Assembly: GCA_918797485.1 (NCBI GenBank)
Contig: CAKKNE010000002.1
Location: 3,472,001 to 3,536,000 of the forward strand
Direction: 5' to 3'
DNA from: Pelagomonas calceolata
Taxonomy: Eukaryota
Length of the DNA: 64,000 bases
Each line of letters begins with the position of its first letter. Position 1 is the first letter of the stretch. The position numbers and the translations under genes are program-made. The notes under the pieces are model-generated. The model had not been told where the DNA came from. It saw nothing but the letters and a program-made list of their open reading frames with translations, and searched no databases. Of this stretch, positions 59,801-64,000 are shown piece by piece.

Positions 59801-62395
59801 CATTGAGATCAAGGCAAAAGGTCGGTTCATTTCGTCTAGCGCAAGTAAATAGGGATATGCGACTGCTTTTGTTGCAATTACATTCTAACCTACGCTATGA
59901 GGAGCAGCCCGAGGCTGAGCCTATAACAACAAATGGTTTGGTGCCCAGGGACGAAGCAAGGACGGCAGAGCCGGAAAACACTTCGGTTGTCTGTGGCAGG
60001 AATGCTAAGCGGCCCTCCGCTCTGGAGTCTCGCAAGTTGTTGCGTTTGAATCGCCAAGCAAAACTCGTAGCTATGGCCGCCAGACGCCCTTCAGCCGACA
60101 CGGATGACCCCAGAGACGTGGAAGCCATCAAGCGGGCAAAAGCTCAACTCGGTGACTACAAAATGAAATCTGAGCCTTCATATGAAATCGCGCAAACAAA
60201 GCAAATAAACACAGCAAATAAAAGACGGCAGATGCTATTGCTACAGGAAAATATCGACTCGATCAAACTAAGATATAATAAACGATTTTTGGGTTTACGA
60301 GCAGTAAAGAGGCTAATGACTCACTCACTACGTAACGGGGTTGATCACGTGAGAAAGGTTAGCCGTGCACTTGGCGTAGAAGCAAATTCTTTGGTAGCAA
60401 ATGGGTTTGAGCCCGCCCTATCTTTGGATGAGTGGCCGGACGTGGCGAGAGATTTATCAAAGACCGAACTTGACTCATTTCTATCTGGTCATATCACCGA
60501 GATGTCCAGCAGGCCATGTTCAAAGTCCAACGGGAACCCACTAGGCAACGTCATCGCGGCTAGAAGCGTCAGATCTGCCGTCAATCTGCCTGTTTTTCGT
60601 CTCCTGGACAATGAGGCAATTAGATCAACAGATTCTTGCCTCCAAAAAGAGGAAGATCTGATTTTATGTAATCAACTTAGGCACCAGCGGTCCTTCATTA
60701 TACATAAAATTGACAAACATGTCCTTGCTTTTGAAAACGCATTGAATGAATTACGCAAAGAATACATCCCTCTTCAAGCAGATTTGAAAGCAGCTGATGT
60801 GAAATTGACGATCATGCTTCAGGTTTGTTGATGCGTTTGTTTCTCATTGGAATGTGGTTTTGTAGGAACTATTACTATTAAAAACGCACGAGGCCCGGGA
60901 TGTTGCCATGAAAGAAAACCTTAATCTTGCATGTCAAAAACAGCATGATGCATCAACAGCATCATCAGATAGCTTTTTACTCCTTGCAGCCAAAAAAAAC
61001 GACCGGGATGTATGCCAAACTCATGAGAAAGCAATTCTATCTGAATTTCTAAACGCTGTACCTAAGCAACATCAGTTTCACAAACCGTTACTTAAGGTTT
61101 TTAGTAAGAAACTCAAAAGATCGAAAAAAAATATCAGCGGCAATACTAGCGAAGATGAAACAAACGAAGATGAGGAGGACAGCGAACTCGAAGGAGAAGA
61201 CGACAATTCAGACAGTGAAGAAGACGAGACTTGTCCGGCTGGCTGCAACATTAGTCTTTATGAGCAAGTAATTGAGCTCCGAGAAAGACGCCTGGATCAG
61301 GAGGACATCTTTGCTGACATTAAGTGCGCCATTAATGAAGCTCAGAAAGCCTATGATCGGCACGTACAACAGGAAAAACAGATACAACGCGATGTTTGTT
61401 CTTATGTCGAAGATATTCATTCCTTTCAGACAAAAAAACAGCAAACACTGAACAAGTGAGCTAATTTGTGTGTCATGAATTGGCTTTATTCACCAACTCA
61501 CAGGCTTTATTCACCAATAGCATTGCATATGAATCAGCTCTACGTCTTCTCCCCCCGAAGTGTAGACAACGATAAAATCATTGTCACCCATTACCCACGA
61601 GCAGAGATGAATGTCCCAACTGAACTGGCGATAGCGCCCCTTGCCGAAATGGGGGACGCTGTACTCTTCTCCAGGGCTTGCCTGGAGAAGCTACACACTC
61701 GCATTTTTGTTCTAAAATCCATCAACAAGAAAGAAAAGACTCATTTTTCTGAACTACACCGAATAAAACGACGACTTGAACGTGTCAAGGTTACCTTGGA
61801 AGTTCAAACCACTAAATTGCGCAGTAAATGCACTGATCTTCAAATGCTAAAGTAATACAAAACGAGAGTCAAAAATATCTTATTCATGTTCTTGCAGGTT
61901 CGGGCAATTAATCAATCTTGATATTTTGGAGCGTGACTCAATAAACAAAGGTTGTCTTTACAACTCAACTATCCTATGAGATTGTCTTTTTTAGACCAAC
62001 AAGCCACAAATGAGAAGATACATAAGATGGATATGGTCAATACTGGCGAGCTGAATAAGCTAAAAAGGCTCCAGTCGGTCCTCCGCGACAAGCTCCGGAG
62101 CATAACTCGTCAGAATACAATTTACTTAACTCGAGTAGCAACGTCATCAGCCCGCCAGTTCCAACTCGAAAAAGACCTTGATTTCTCCAAATCCTCGTCA
62201 AATGATGGAATGAAAAATAATATCTCTGGACCTTTATCGTGCTCTGAGGCAGAAGAGCGCAACCGGCTCGTAGCACTAGTCAAAATCCAAGCAAAAGAAA
62301 TTGATGCCCTCAAAATGGAAATAAATTTGTTGCGCAGAAAGGGGGGACACGTGTATGCTTATTCTGCATCACATAATGTGACGGGTGTACCATGA
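56883..62395 (+). CDS. CFAP44: Cilia- and flagella-associated protein 44 (WDR52), multi-exon
   Basis: [102 protein letters not shown]. Confidence 0.94.
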
Positions 62396-63287
62396 TCCTC
62401 AGTCAGATGCCAGTTGATTGTGACTCATTAAGAATGACAGATCGACAAATTGATTGTAATCGAACACCGTCTGCACTCCCAACAATGAGTTGCTCTCGAC
62501 CGCTTTGGCTTTGGTGTATACACAGGAACCTGTGGCTTTGCTTTTTTGCATTCCTCTGGTAATCAGGACTTTGGTCAACATAGTTACAATAACCCCTCCC
62601 CTGGCCGGACCGGGTAATTTTTTGGAGTACATTCTGCCTACCTTCCCTTCCTTACTAGTAGCTCCAATTAGCCTCAGATTATTAGGATAAATCAGTTTGC
62701 GACGCTTAAGACTCCGTGAACTTGAAGAAGACCTCGAACTTGAAATTTACTAGTAGTAGGGGGGTCACGGTCCGAGTAGATGGTCCGAGTGACGGTCAAG
62801 CCTGAGCGTTTTGGCTTTTTGATGTTTCGATTGGGATTTTACGATCTTCGCCGGCGGAGCTCGAAATGTCGAATGTGCGATCATGTCCTTCAAGTTCAAG
62901 TTCAAGTTGTGCCAGTGATCCGGAGACCATCCAACACACGTCGTTTGAATGCAAGGCTTTCGTGAAAGAACGCGGCAAAATTCCCTCGTGATCGTACTCG
63001 GTTCGTCCTCTCGGAAGGCAATTGACCGATGAATATCGCCGCCGTCATGCCAGTGGTTGTCGTTTGGTCCGAATCGTGGGGCAAATTAGTACCCCGGGAG
63101 ATTAAGAATTCTTCAAGTTTATATCGTTACCTTATTGCTATTTCGAAGCTCCGGTTAGGCCGCATTCTGACCGAGCCCGGGCCTGAGCAGAGAAAAGGCT
63201 CCGAGTCCTGAGGCTAGTAGGAGTTTGCTCCTTCAAGTTATATTTGGTCTTCCTCCATCATTTAGGTTCAACTTGAAGTTGATTCTA

Positions 63288-63572
63288 TTTGGCGCAATTG
63301 AGCGTACAGCCACGCGCCAGCCAAATGGCGGGAAGTTTTTAAGTTTGCGAGGGCCGCGCACTGGCACTGCCGCGGCAGGTTCCACTTTATAAAATAATGG
63401 GCTGAGCGAAGTTCAAGTTTTGCAGTGCGGGCAGCCGTCTCAGGCTCGCGCTGAGAAATCAGCTGCGACGCCGCACGATGGTCCGAGATGAAACCAGCCG
63501 GCCTCTAATTCCGACTCGGACTCGGAGTCTCCCGGGCCGCCGCCGGCGCAATTAATTCTATCGTTCCATATC
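63288..63572 (-). repeat. Repeat family A, copy 3 (inverted, carries multiple short insertions)
   Basis: TTTGGCGCAATTGAGCGTACAGCCACGCGCC and downstream blocks are the reverse complement of 7605-7860. Confidence 0.88.
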
Positions 63573-64000
63573 CATCTCCTGGGGAATCATATCCGTGGTC
63601 TGGCCCTGCTTAAATAACCGTGACCGCGACTCGCCCCCCCCTCTCTGCGCTTTTTTGATCATGAGTGCGTCGCTGTGGCACACCGTGACCCTCGCGGCTA
63701 GCAGTCCAGTATGCCCTGTAACGCGAGTATGAAGAGTATCTCTAGTTTTCGCCCCCGGGGGGTTTTCGCCCCACACCTGGCCCCTTTGGTGTTGATAATC
63801 GTACCAGACCTCGACCTTACCCTAGCACGTGCCTCGAGACCCTAGATTTTGAGGCGCGCGAGCTTTTGGTTCACCGCGACGACCGTCGAGACGGTCCCGA
63901 CCGCGACACATAATACGACACTATCTCCAGCTTCTCGAGCGCTTGAACGCGGCCGCAGTGTCCGACAGTACCCCACACATGTGCCCGACCCATTGTCGTC

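Overview
Eukaryotic nuclear DNA, most likely from a pelagophyte alga. Aureococcus anophagefferens is my inference, from extreme GC3 genes plus a 200-bp introner element with an 8-bp TSD. The window crosses a compositional boundary. At about 0.6-4.3 kb are two very GC-rich genes (plastid-type CNNM/CorC and panB). From about 6 kb onward, genes are near 45-55% GC, have short introns that are often GC-AG, and are heavily ciliary: IFT139/TTC21B, CFAP44, TMEM17, a degenerate AK7, a FAM166-like protein and an IQ/p25alpha/B-box protein. This part also has PKA-C, CK2beta, a band-7/HIR protein, a mitochondrial-carrier-family gene, an ARM-repeat gene and a coiled-coil gene. Highlight 1 is an intron-containing NRPS-PKS hybrid of about 2,800 aa (TE-A-T-KS-AT0-TE-KR-T, 18610-27416). 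It has a BurA-type layout and is a candidate algal DMSP-elongating (gonyol-type) assembly line. Highlight 2 is that the intergenic DNA is built from a small vocabulary of 6-8-nt words, and alignment of repeat copies within the window shows these words were inserted secondarily into pre-existing sequence. Highlight 3 is palindromic GGTACCGTA arrays just upstream of many start codons. All calls come from reading motifs by eye; no database search was run, and exon boundaries are predictions.
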